Origin: Pseudomonadota bacterium
GTDB taxonomy: Bacteria > Desulfobacterota > Desulfobacteria > Desulfobacterales > JBDRRP01
Assembly: GCA_043825735.1 (NCBI GenBank)
Contig: JBDRRP010000066.1
Span: 1-40,458 of the forward strand
Length of the DNA stretch: 40,458 nucleotides
Direction of reading: 5' to 3'
Part shown: positions 1 through 9,500 of the stretch, piece after piece
How positions within the stretch are numbered: the first letter of the stretch is position 1
Layout: each line of letters opens with the position of its first letter
Position numbers and translations under genes: made by a program
The notes under the pieces: generated by a model
The model's database searches: none
What the model was told of the DNA's origin: nothing
Seen by the model: only the letters and a program-made list of their open reading frames with translations

Positions 1-52
1 ATCGATTGCGATTCATTGGATCCTATTGCCAGAAAACGTTCGAGGCCTTTTT

Positions 53-631
53 CTATGTAGCCATGGATGTGACCATGAATACTTTGGGCCTCGTGAGAAA
101 CAGAAATATCAGCTTCTCAACGAATCCCGAAAGTTGAGTTATTACTAATGATCCCATTAAGCCAGCGGTAAGCGGATCTATCTTCGCAAATCGGTCGAGT
201 AACACCCTGACCTCAGCTATCGTAACTGACAGTTCATCGATGGCAAACATTGTTCTCATTGGTGGGCAGTAGTGTATTTCAGCACCTATCCTATCTATCA
301 AGTCTGGAGAGATTCTGAAGGACCAACCGTCCATTCCATGTCCCCCCAATCCATGTCCTCTGGGTGGAATAAAAATCTGCTTGGGAAGATCTGTAGATAA
401 TCCGAACCAGCTTTTAAGCTGATTCCAATTTTGAGGACGTATTTTTTCATATCTCATCTTTCCCAAAACTTCATTTGTCCCTAATTCACTAATTGCCTGT
501 TTATTGGCAGTGAACACTACTCTTTTTGCACCGCCGGCGGATCTGGCATAGTTTAATCTCCCACTTTTCTTTAACCCATAAGAATTTAGAAGGTCACCCA
601 TGGATCGATACACTTTTCTCTGATTTGCCAT
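53..631 (-). CDS. Hypothetical protein, 192 aa (3' end possibly frameshifted)
   Basis: ORF with ATG and a strong AGGAGG RBS (cctcct at ~637-642). No recognisable motif. Confidence 0.55.
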   Translation of the reverse strand: MANQRKVYRSMGDLLNSYGLKKSGRLNYARSAGGAKRVVFTANKQAISELGTNEVLGKMRYEKIRPQNWNQLKSWFGLSTDLPKQIFIPPRGHGLGGHGMDGWSFRISPDLIDRIGAEIHYCPPMRTMFAIDELSVTIAEVRVLLDRFAKIDPLTAGLMGSLVITQLSGFVEKLIFLFLTRPKVFMVTSMAT

Positions 632-707
632 GACATCCTCCTATTTATGAAAATGATATGTCTTAAAAAACCCGTTAAAATTGAATATATGTTAAGGATA
701 TCTGAAC

Positions 708-886
708 CGAGGACTATTGCCATTAGTCCTCGCTGAAGGGATAGGGGGGGGTAGGGGGCTCAGGGATAGGGGCCTCACCAAGCTAAGTAAAAGTAATTGA
801 GGTGAAAATAACGAAAGACACCCGAAAAACGACCCAATATCGCATTTGTCGGGGCCAAAAAGAGCGATATTGGATTTTCCCGGGTG
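708..886. promoter_or_regulatory. Structured intergenic region: two inverted repeats flanking a G-run tract
   Basis: CGAGGACTA/TAGTCCTCG (708-716/724-732); five G-runs at 738-772; CCAATATCGC/GCGATATTGG (834-843/864-873) with outer CACCCG/CGGGTG (819-824/881-886). Confidence 0.4.
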
Positions 887-1265
887 ATCCTCTGAAATGA
901 AAGCGGTGATGATAGAAAAACATCTTCAAAGTCGTGACTCCTACAACAGGAAAGAAAAGGGAATAGATCAGTTGACGGCAGTTTTGAGTTGAGAGAGATT
1001 TCTGAATCCTATAATACCCATTTCGCCATTAAAAAAGCCAATATAGCCCAGACAAACACCTATAATTAAGATAAAAATATAAGTGTTTACAACTTGTTGA
1101 TTTGGTGCGACCCCAATTGCAATCCCAATTGCAATTGCACCTAGAGGCAAAAACCTCGAGGGGTAATGCCGAGTCTATCGTTGTTTGGGGCCAGCTTACC
1201 ACTGCCCTGTGACAGATCCGGTCGGACCTATTGCTTACGGGAGAATTGTAAATAACCAGATAATA

Positions 1266-3113
1266 CTATTTTGTACATGTTAAATCTTCGAGTAGAATTT
1301 TACCCTTGATATCTTGTGTGGATGGATAAGGATTGTTCTTGCACTTTGGGTATTTATAATTTGGGAATTGTAGCTCTTTGAGCCCGTAAATTGAAGGAAA
1401 AAATTGGGGTTTGAATAGAACATTGAAAACCGTGCTTCTTAAGAATGGATTGACATATAATTTCAACCCTTTAGTATTGTTTTCATAGTAATTATAACCA
1501 AAATTAAGATCTTTGGGATGGGGACATACGCCATCGGATCTCGGCCAAGGTAATCCGTAAGCTTGCCATTGATCGTTGCCATCAAGATTGCGGGCAAAGT
1601 TTATCAAGATGCTAAAGTTCCTACAATCCTGTTTGTATACTTCCTCTCCTAATAAAAAAGGTGGTTGGTTAAAGGTAAAATTTTCTATCATTCTATTAAT
1701 CTCATCCGAGTCAAGCAAACCAATTTTCGCAAGCACAACTGAGTGCTTTATTGGTGAAAATCTTTGTGGATCAAGTTTTGTGTCTGATAGGTTTAGATCT
1801 CGGTCAATAAGATCTGAAACATGTTCGAAAATTAGAAGTTTTTTGTTGGACGTATTAATGCTAAATGCATCGTTAAGATCTTGGCGTTTTACCACGATAT
1901 TGTTGTCAGTTACAGTAAAAATGAAGGGGACAAGATCATTATCGAGGCCGATTTTCGAAAATTCAATCGCTGCTGCCTTTAAATTAATTTTTAACTTATA
2001 TTTTGCTTTTCTCCAGGCATTTGTATATTTTGTTAGAAGTGTCTGAAATCCTGGTGGTAACTTTTCAATAAGATCATTGTAAATGTCGATTGTTTCTTCG
2101 ATTTTTTCAATGAACATTAGTTTAATATCGCATTTAGTATTATCAACAACAGCTGGCACCGCCAAAAAAACATTTCCATAACAGCTTTTCCATTCTTCGT
2201 ACTCTTTTAAAGGATTGCCTGATCCGCTAACCATATCTATACTTGCACGATAGCTTGCTTTTATGTATTCTTCCGTGGAAATATCCATATCCGAAAGCCA
2301 TCGATTCAAATTGTAAGACAATCTATCAGTCCGCGCATTTAGCTGGGTAGATTTAATTTTGCTGACTAACTTGTTTATTATCATCATACTATCAGATAGC
2401 GATTTCACTTCGGATCGTATTTTGCCCATTAACCATAGATGTTTTGCTTGGATTGTATGTTCATATTGGCGATGCGACTCGGCACTGTAAATAAACATAT
2501 CACGAAGAAACAGATATGGGGGGGCTATGATCTGATTCTCATTTGAAACACTTTGAATGGAAAATGATAATTTTGGAGTAGCACCTTCAATATATTTTTC
2601 CAGAGTGATGTGGCGGTGTTCGACTGTTCGTTCTTTGTCCTGTAAATCAAATATGTCGCCGGCATAAAAATTGATATAAGTATGCCCAAATATGTCACCG
2701 GCGTAATGTGTCATATATCCGTAAGAGAATGCAATCTGCTCAGGCGTTTGAGCATTTTTAAGAAGGTGCCTAAGCCAATCATCAGATTGCCAATAGTTTT
2801 GAATTCCAGGGTGTATTACCATCTGGCCAACAAACGCATCAGGATAAATATCTGGACCTAAAGAGCCTGCGTAAAAGCTATCCGGGTGCGACCTAATTGC
2901 ATTAGAAATATCCGCAGGTATTTCGTATTCTATACCGTTTATAGTGACTTTGCCATCATCGCTAATGTCATAAAACAATTCTTGAGCAATCCATAAATGA
3001 GTCTTTAAACACCACGAATAACCATGGTTTGGTGCTAACAGAATGATACTGCATATCAATACAAAATGATAAGTTGAATTAAAGCAAGTTTTTATACGTT
3101 CATGGATTGGCAT
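1266..3113 (-). CDS. Zinc-dependent phospholipase C family protein, probably secreted
   Basis: Hydrophobic signal-like stretch (FVLICSIILLAP..GYS) followed by mature N-terminal W-C-L-K-T-H; GSLGPDIYPD; GYMTHYAGDIFGH; HITLEKYI. These match the PLC/P1-nuclease Zn-ligand pattern. Start moved from 3296 to the ATG at 3113 to avoid overlapping the amidohydrolase. Confidence 0.75.
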   Translation of the reverse strand: MPIHERIKTCFNSTYHFVLICSIILLAPNHGYSWCLKTHLWIAQELFYDISDDGKVTINGIEYEIPADISNAIRSHPDSFYAGSLGPDIYPDAFVGQMVIHPGIQNYWQSDDWLRHLLKNAQTPEQIAFSYGYMTHYAGDIFGHTYINFYAGDIFDLQDKERTVEHRHITLEKYIEGATPKLSFSIQSVSNENQIIAPPYLFLRDMFIYSAESHRQYEHTIQAKHLWLMGKIRSEVKSLSDSMMIINKLVSKIKSTQLNARTDRLSYNLNRWLSDMDISTEEYIKASYRASIDMVSGSGNPLKEYEEWKSCYGNVFLAVPAVVDNTKCDIKLMFIEKIEETIDIYNDLIEKLPPGFQTLLTKYTNAWRKAKYKLKINLKAAAIEFSKIGLDNDLVPFIFTVTDNNIVVKRQDLNDAFSINTSNKKLLIFEHVSDLIDRDLNLSDTKLDPQRFSPIKHSVVLAKIGLLDSDEINRMIENFTFNQPPFLLGEEVYKQDCRNFSILINFARNLDGNDQWQAYGLPWPRSDGVCPHPKDLNFGYNYYENNTKGLKLYVNPFLRSTVFNVLFKPQFFPSIYGLKELQFPNYKYPKCKNNPYPSTQDIKGKILLEDLTCTK

Positions 3114-3256
3114 ATATTCAAGCACATCGGTTATATTGTGCAGAGCCATAGGAATATTCTCCAACAGGTTGCAGAAATACAATTCAGACACTGCGTCTAC
3201 GAATAGACAATGCCGGACTTTGTTCCGGACTACTACATCAATCGTTTCTATCTTCT

Positions 3257-4783
3257 TCAGGAAGGCAACTTTAGAAATCGATAGGCATTTTGCCAAAAGA
3301 AACGTTCGAGATAGCTTTTGTAAGCTTCTCGATTCATGATCTTTAAAAAAATCTCTAAATATTTACGAGTATTGCCGACCATTTTGCTCATGTGCCAATC
3401 CGAACCGTAAGCCATTTTGTCCAGTAGTTCATAATGACGGCCTTCTTCATTTGCTTTTGTTCTGGCCCGCTCGATGTTAGCAACAAAGACTTCCGGATTT
3501 GTGTTTTCGAACAACGATGTAATATAACCAACTTCGCAATACACGTTTGGGTAAGTAGTGCATAACTCTGTGACGATTCTGGCAAAGTTGTCCTCTTCCA
3601 GCCATTCTTCATCAGACTCAGCCATCCATCCAGGGGACTCCAGATCGCCGTTTCTCATTCGGCCGCCTCCTGCATGTCCCAGGCACAGTCGCAAGGTACC
3701 CCATCGTTGGTTTTCAAGCACGCTTCGCCAGTATTTCGGGTGTGCGTTTGCTCCTAGCTTGTGGCGCGTCTGAAAGCCCTGCGGTGTACAGTGAGCAAAG
3801 ACGGCAACATCCTTCAAAACGCAAAAATCGAAAAATGCATCTATTCTTGCCTGGATTTCAGTGATATTTCCGATTGGCTTATAGCCCATCGCCGGGTAAA
3901 ATTTAAATCCAAGTAAACCTTTTGACAAAGAGTATTCAGCGATAGCGATACAATCTTCTCTCTGTGGATCAAAGGCGGAAAATCCAAACACGCACGCAGG
4001 GCTAGCTCGTTGAAGTTCCTGCATGCGCTTGATCTGTGATGGATAAAATGGGTAATAGGGGGATTTATGCCCCGCATATGCCATTTGCATGTCCATCATA
4101 TAGTGCGAAATCTGCAGTTGTGGTAGATCGTGGCCGTACCCTTTAAATACCTTTGCCAGCATTTTTTCTTCTGATTTAAGCATTGTAAGGAAGAACTCGA
4201 TATAATTCTCAGCTTTCCCCCAAGCATTGGGGCTCATTAATGAATTAACTACTCGTAATGCTTTTTTCACCACACTTTTGGCCCAGTCAAAAAGTCCTCC
4301 GACTAACAATGTTTTGCCCAAATTTTTAAAAGGCACGACAGGGGAATAGAACGCTGGCAAACGCCCTGTCCACCCCTCAGCGGTATAGTCTATCTCTGAT
4401 AGATCCTTAATGATGCTCATCAATTCAGAAGAGCGTAGCGAGTCGAAGGCAGAATCTGCAAAAGGCCTATTTTGAAGAATGCTCACGCCCATATTCATCG
4501 CATCCAAGGATCCTGTTGCGACAAGTAGTTCGAATCTGGTTATTTCCCAAATCTGTTCCAATCGGTATTCATCCAATGCATCCTCATCTGTGAACGAATG
4601 AACCATCACTGATTCAGAATCAGGATACGAGGAGCCAGTAAGCGCCTCGAGAAGTTTTGCTATATAATTGGCCAGAATACTCTCATCCTTGTTCATTGCG
4701 TTGGCAATTATACTGGCCAGCGGAATATATCGCGCATTAAACAAATGAGTATGCAAATCGAAAATACGAGCGGGAAGATTCAT
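3257..4783 (-). CDS. Amidohydrolase family (Amidohydro_2-type) metallo-hydrolase
   Basis: DLHTH, GFKFYPAMGY, AHCTP, CLGHAGGG and YGSDWHM motifs. GGAGG RBS precedes the ATG at 4783. Confidence 0.85.
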   Translation of the reverse strand: MNLPARIFDLHTHLFNARYIPLASIIANAMNKDESILANYIAKLLEALTGSSYPDSESVMVHSFTDEDALDEYRLEQIWEITRFELLVATGSLDAMNMGVSILQNRPFADSAFDSLRSSELMSIIKDLSEIDYTAEGWTGRLPAFYSPVVPFKNLGKTLLVGGLFDWAKSVVKKALRVVNSLMSPNAWGKAENYIEFFLTMLKSEEKMLAKVFKGYGHDLPQLQISHYMMDMQMAYAGHKSPYYPFYPSQIKRMQELQRASPACVFGFSAFDPQREDCIAIAEYSLSKGLLGFKFYPAMGYKPIGNITEIQARIDAFFDFCVLKDVAVFAHCTPQGFQTRHKLGANAHPKYWRSVLENQRWGTLRLCLGHAGGGRMRNGDLESPGWMAESDEEWLEEDNFARIVTELCTTYPNVYCEVGYITSLFENTNPEVFVANIERARTKANEEGRHYELLDKMAYGSDWHMSKMVGNTRKYLEIFLKIMNREAYKSYLERFFWQNAYRFLKLPS

Positions 4784-4897
4784 AAGACCTCCTTCAATTT
4801 TTAATAAATACGCTTTAGCCAATCAATACTCATAACAGGTATCTTCATCCCGTTTGATATCTTTCCAAAAGGATTCCCCTGAGCCTTCAACTAATCG

Positions 4898-5807
4898 AGT
4901 CGGTCTTGAAAAAGCAATTAAATCGCTGTAATTAACTGGTAAAGGTAGGATTATGTTGCAAGTAATTATGACATTGCATCCTAAAAAATTGGAAATTTAC
5001 GGAGCATGAAAGCTTAAAAATCCCAACACAAAAACAGGCAACGAGATTTGTTCCTGGTTGAGCTTTCACAGATCGCCGATACCGGACACTCACAGGTCAA
5101 ACTTTCCAAGGCCGTTGCTTGGGATCGACTGGACGAGCTGTTCGGTGCTTCCTACTACCCGGATATTGGCTGACCGGCAGTTAGTACGAGATTGATTGTG
5201 GCATTGCATTACCTGAAGTACACACACAATCATTAGCGATGAAAATGTTTCTATCGGCTGGGTGAGGCACCCTCACTGGCAGCACTTTAGCGGTATAAAG
5301 TGGTTCGAACATGAGTTCCCCATCAATTCTTCCAGCATGACCCGATGGCGAAACCGCATCGGAGAAACCGGCGCCGAGCAGTTCCTCAAAGAAACCATTG
5401 AAGCCGGGATGAAATAGAAAGCGGTAACGACTTCTAACTCAAGCGGATCGTTGAAACTACGGTCCAGGAAAAAGAAATCCGGTTTCTCACGGATGCAAGG
5501 CTCTATGACCGGGTAAGGCAAAAGCTAGTCAACGCGGCCAAGAGTCTCTGGCGCTGGAAGAACCGACGAGCCGCAATTGAACCATGTATCGGGCACCTTA
5601 AAAGAGAGCACCGAATGGACCGTAACCGCTTGAAGGGAGAAGCCGGAGACGGCATCAATGCTATCATGAGAGTGGCCGGTATGAATTTCAGAAAGCTGCT
5701 GAGGTGGCTGGCAGCGCTTTTATGCCTATTTTTATACTGGCTTTTTTCTTCTCAAAGAGCATCGATCTGCATGTCGTGAGCAAATCGAGAGTTATTCAGA
5801 ATCGACT
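4898..5807 (+). mobile_element. Degenerate IS5-family element (transposase pseudogene with internal deletion)
   Basis: + frames read WDRLDELFG..*PAVSTRLIVALHYLKY, then WQHFSGIKWFEHEFPINSSSMTRWRNRIG, then TTVQEKEIRFLTDARL, then RRAAIEPCIGHLK..MNFRKLL, with stops and frameshifts. Imperfect terminal IRs: AGTCGGTCTTGAAAAA at 4898 versus reverse complement AGTCGATTCTGAATAA ending at 5807. Confidence 0.85.
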
Positions 5808-6016
5808 AATTGAGTTCGGAAACGATGTTGCTCAACCGCAAAGGAGGCTGATCCACGATATCGAGATGCGAATAAAGTCGCCCCTCGAAGACTCAGCGTC
5901 CGCTTCCAGAACAGCCGTCGCTATAGTCCTTCTCCAAATTCTAAAGGCTCTCAATGATTTCGGCAACCCCCTTGGGGAAGCCGACGCTGGACTTCTGCGC
6001 TTTTAGCATACCAATC

Positions 6017-6390
6017 GGATCAAAGCCGAAATGTACAAACCTTGTCATCGACTTTGTAGGCGTCGTGAAAATAACTTTTGAGTTGCCTGACCATCTGCTT
6101 GCCGATTTCGTAGCGACCGGAAAAACCCATTTTGCATAATCGATTATAGATCCAAATAGCCGTGTAGCCACTGTCGTTTTCAATCCAGGCAATAATGTCG
6201 GCGATACAGGGATCGAATTGGCTTTGTTAGATTCAGTTGTTCGGGTGGTTGAAACGCCTGGTCCGGATTTTCGATATATTTTTGGCGGTGTTGCGGTTGA
6301 TGCAGAGCGTTCTGGCGATGACCCGCTGCTTCATCCCTTATTTGATGCAGACTGATAATGTCAAAAACAGCCGCCTGTTGTTGTAAGATC
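6017..6390 (-). pseudogene. IS21-family transposase (IstA) N-terminal remnant
   Basis: Frameshifted minus-strand pieces: VFDIISLHQ / GMKQRVIARTLCINRNTAK / YIENP / SQFDPCIADIIAWIENDSGYTAIWIYNRLCKMGFSGRYEIGKQMVRQLK. This is the typical IstA HTH region. Boundaries approximate. Confidence 0.7.
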
Positions 6391-6548
6391 CGGTCAATCT
6401 CTGTACCTAATAAAGGTTTTTAGAGAACCGAATAATCTTACTCAGCTATACCTTTGGCTCTAAAAATTCTCACAATAAGCCTGTTGCTATTCACAATTTG
6501 GCTGGCACCACGGCGGTGGCCTGCCCGTAAATGACGCTGTATTTTTGT

Positions 6549-9500
6549 TTACTCATCAACATAGATGCGTATATTCGATAACCGGAATATAGACCGATTA
6601 CACTCAGTGAACCATTGCAAATCGATTGAGAAATCTCGGAAGGGTTCTGGAAGCCCGATGAGTGCAGTAGGTTGTTCTTCTGATTTAAAAGTACTAACGC
6701 TTAAAGGCAAATGAGTTACGGAGTCGTTGTCCGTGATTTCTTGCTTCCGTTGAGCGTCATCAAAGTAGCCTCGCAAAACTTGAGTTCTCTGCTCGACGAA
6801 AAGACTGATGGTAAGTTCAAAATTCACTCTGTCAGAGGATTTTGATAAGAAGCCGTTGTCTATCAACCAGGATTCTAAAGCAGGCCATTGTAGCCGTCTC
6901 GATTCCGCTCGCATACGATACTTTTTATCAAGAGCCACGGTGACTGGAAGCTGTTGTGGCGCGGTGCTGGTTAAGGAATCACTGACAAAGCCAAAGACAG
7001 GAGCGAAATCCGGACCATGTAAATTTTTACGGTTGCGCGTGTGGCGCAAATGGATAACAGTGGGTCGCCAAATCGGTCGTTCTACACAGAACAATAAGTA
7101 GTATGGGCTTGCTCCGATTTGTGGCGAAGTATTGGGGTCTTCATCAGGTTTGAGCAGATAAGCCTCAAAGAAGCCAGTCAGGGCGAAACCATCTCCATCC
7201 ACTATTAGGCAGAAAGTGGTACTCGACTCCCCGATAGGTGCTTCCTCGCACGAGTTCACAACCAATCGCAGATCGGGTTGAGGATCGGAATCGGGAGACG
7301 CGAAAAGCAATGGTTTATTTCGGTCCCCCTGAGAAGGAACAATCAGTTGGGTTATCACGGCGATAAACGGCAGTATGCTCTTAAGTTCGGAGTACTCTTC
7401 GATTCTTGGAGCATCGCTCAAAGCTTTAAGTGCCTTCAAGAAATCCTCTGGAAACTGTTCGGATTGGCTCGCCACCTTTGGAACAGGACTGTTTTGTTTA
7501 TCAACTTCCTCCACCCAGAACTCGAAAGCGTCGTTTGAGAAACTGTCCTCCTCATCACTCCAAACCTGGAATACGGCAGTTGCCAGAAAATCATCCAGAG
7601 GCGGATTACGCTCGCGCATTGGCGTGTTGGGCGCGAATACCGACACACGAGGTTTGTCCTGGGTGTATTCCGGCTCGATCGATCCACTGAGCAGCTTGCT
7701 CAAATTCATCATTCGTTTTGAGTCCTTACGATACGCGCATGACCAGTCTGATTTCTCTTTCTGATCCTGAATGTTGGTCAGCAGCTGTGAAGAGGCCACC
7801 TTAGGTTCGAATATTGGCTCACGCGATGGAAGAAAGACCTGTGGATTCAATTCATTCGCTTTCGCATGTGGAACACGCACCCGGCGGGTCTCGAGGTCGA
7901 TATCGCCGAGTGAACGGGTTGACAGTTTTACAGACGAAGAAACGACATCGATCAGACTTTCAAGGGAATATGCCTGGGCATCCTGAAGGAAGAAGTGGTT
8001 GCTATATGTGGCATCGGGAAGCACTTCCACGAAGCCGTATCCGATAGTCCCTGCCAGTTCGCTCAACCCTTCGTTAAAGGCCAGGTCGGAGTCGTCTTGA
8101 ATGCAGCCATCACCTTTGATAGCCAAATTGAATGCCGTCGTGGATCGACGGGTGCGCCAGTGGTGAAATTGTCCTGTGAGGGACCGTTGTGGGCTGTCGC
8201 CATCGCGGAAACGAGTGTAAAGCAAGGCTTTCGCATTTGCATACAGAGCTATATCCTTCACCAACAAGGCTTCAAGATGCTTGTTGATATTCTTAGACAT
8301 TTCGTTGCCGGTATCATTAAGCATTTCAATAGTAGCGCTGATTTCATCATCGGGTTGCTCATCACTGCCAAGGCTTCTTGCAAGATGAACGGGTTTAATA
8401 ACACGCCTGAGGCTTACAACCATAACCTTCAGGTCATCCTTGAATTCATGCGAGGCAAATTGTCTGAACAATTTTTTCCAGGCCTCAACGAGCTTATCGT
8501 CGGATAGGATATTGCCATCCTCACCGGGGTTCCAAGCCCCAGGCGTCAAGGAAACCATCGTCTGCAAGGCACGCAGACAGAGCTTGACCAAATTGAACGT
8601 TTGGCCGGTCAATCGCCTGTTGCGTTCAATGGGCACAAATCCGAGCGGAGTGATACTCGCCATAATGCGTCTGCTGTCGAGTCGAGCCAGGCCTTTGGGT
8701 ACGATCCAGGCACCAGCAGCCTCGGCATCACCTTCAGACAGCAAAGCAAGCAGTTTTTCGCCATTGGCATCTTTTGGGGCAATAACGCCTTTGCTCTCAC
8801 TCAGTTGTTTGAGATGCTCGGCGAAGAACGCTTCTGAGATGTTGGCGGGTTCCGTTTGGGGGCCACCGGGTTCTATTTTGGACGGACGCAATGCCAAGCG
8901 AACCACAGCCCAGTCTTTATCAGGATCTGGAATGGCGCCGGGACGCCTGCGCAATCGTAGCGAGAATTCCACCACGTTGCAGGACGTCGTGATGTCAGGA
9001 TGGGCTCCAACCGGCAAAGTAATCTCAAGGCAGTCCAAAGCGGTCCCCCAGTCATCCAGCAAACCACGTGATAGCCCCTTTAGGTCACGATCTGGCACCC
9101 CAGGGTCATTTAATTGAATTGGCCAGCCGCAACCTTTGAATCCTTCAACCTCTTTAAGTCCGCGTACAAGTTGGGTCTTCGCGTTGTCGGTCCCTAGTGC
9201 CTTCGCATAATCAAATGCAAGAAAGCGTCCATGCAACTCTAGTTCCTGCGCATAAGCGAGTTCGCACAATGCCCGGATAGCTTGTACATGTGCCTCGCGC
9301 CAAGCGGCCTTCGACCGGTCCTCCTGCCCGATGTCACTGGGTTTGTCTTTCGCCAGCATCGGATCTAAATAAGCGCGGTCGAACTTCAACCGCAGAATAC
9401 TCTCTCCGGTCAGCTCTACAGTAAAAAAAGGAGGGTGACCCACGAGGTCTTCGTTGCCATCTTGTATCTGTGTATTGCTAAACGGTGAGGTTACTTGAGT

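Noticed and set aside
883..890. GGTGATCC as a second copy of the tRNA att core
   Set aside because: An 8-bp match is expected by chance in 40 kb.
968..1150. 60-aa hydrophobic ORF
   Set aside because: TTG start, no clear RBS; could be a membrane-protein remnant but cannot be supported.
5273..6192. Short ORFs 5273-5521, 5704-6006, 5941-6192 and 5954-6139
   Set aside because: They overlap the IS5 and IS21 remnants and are better explained by them.
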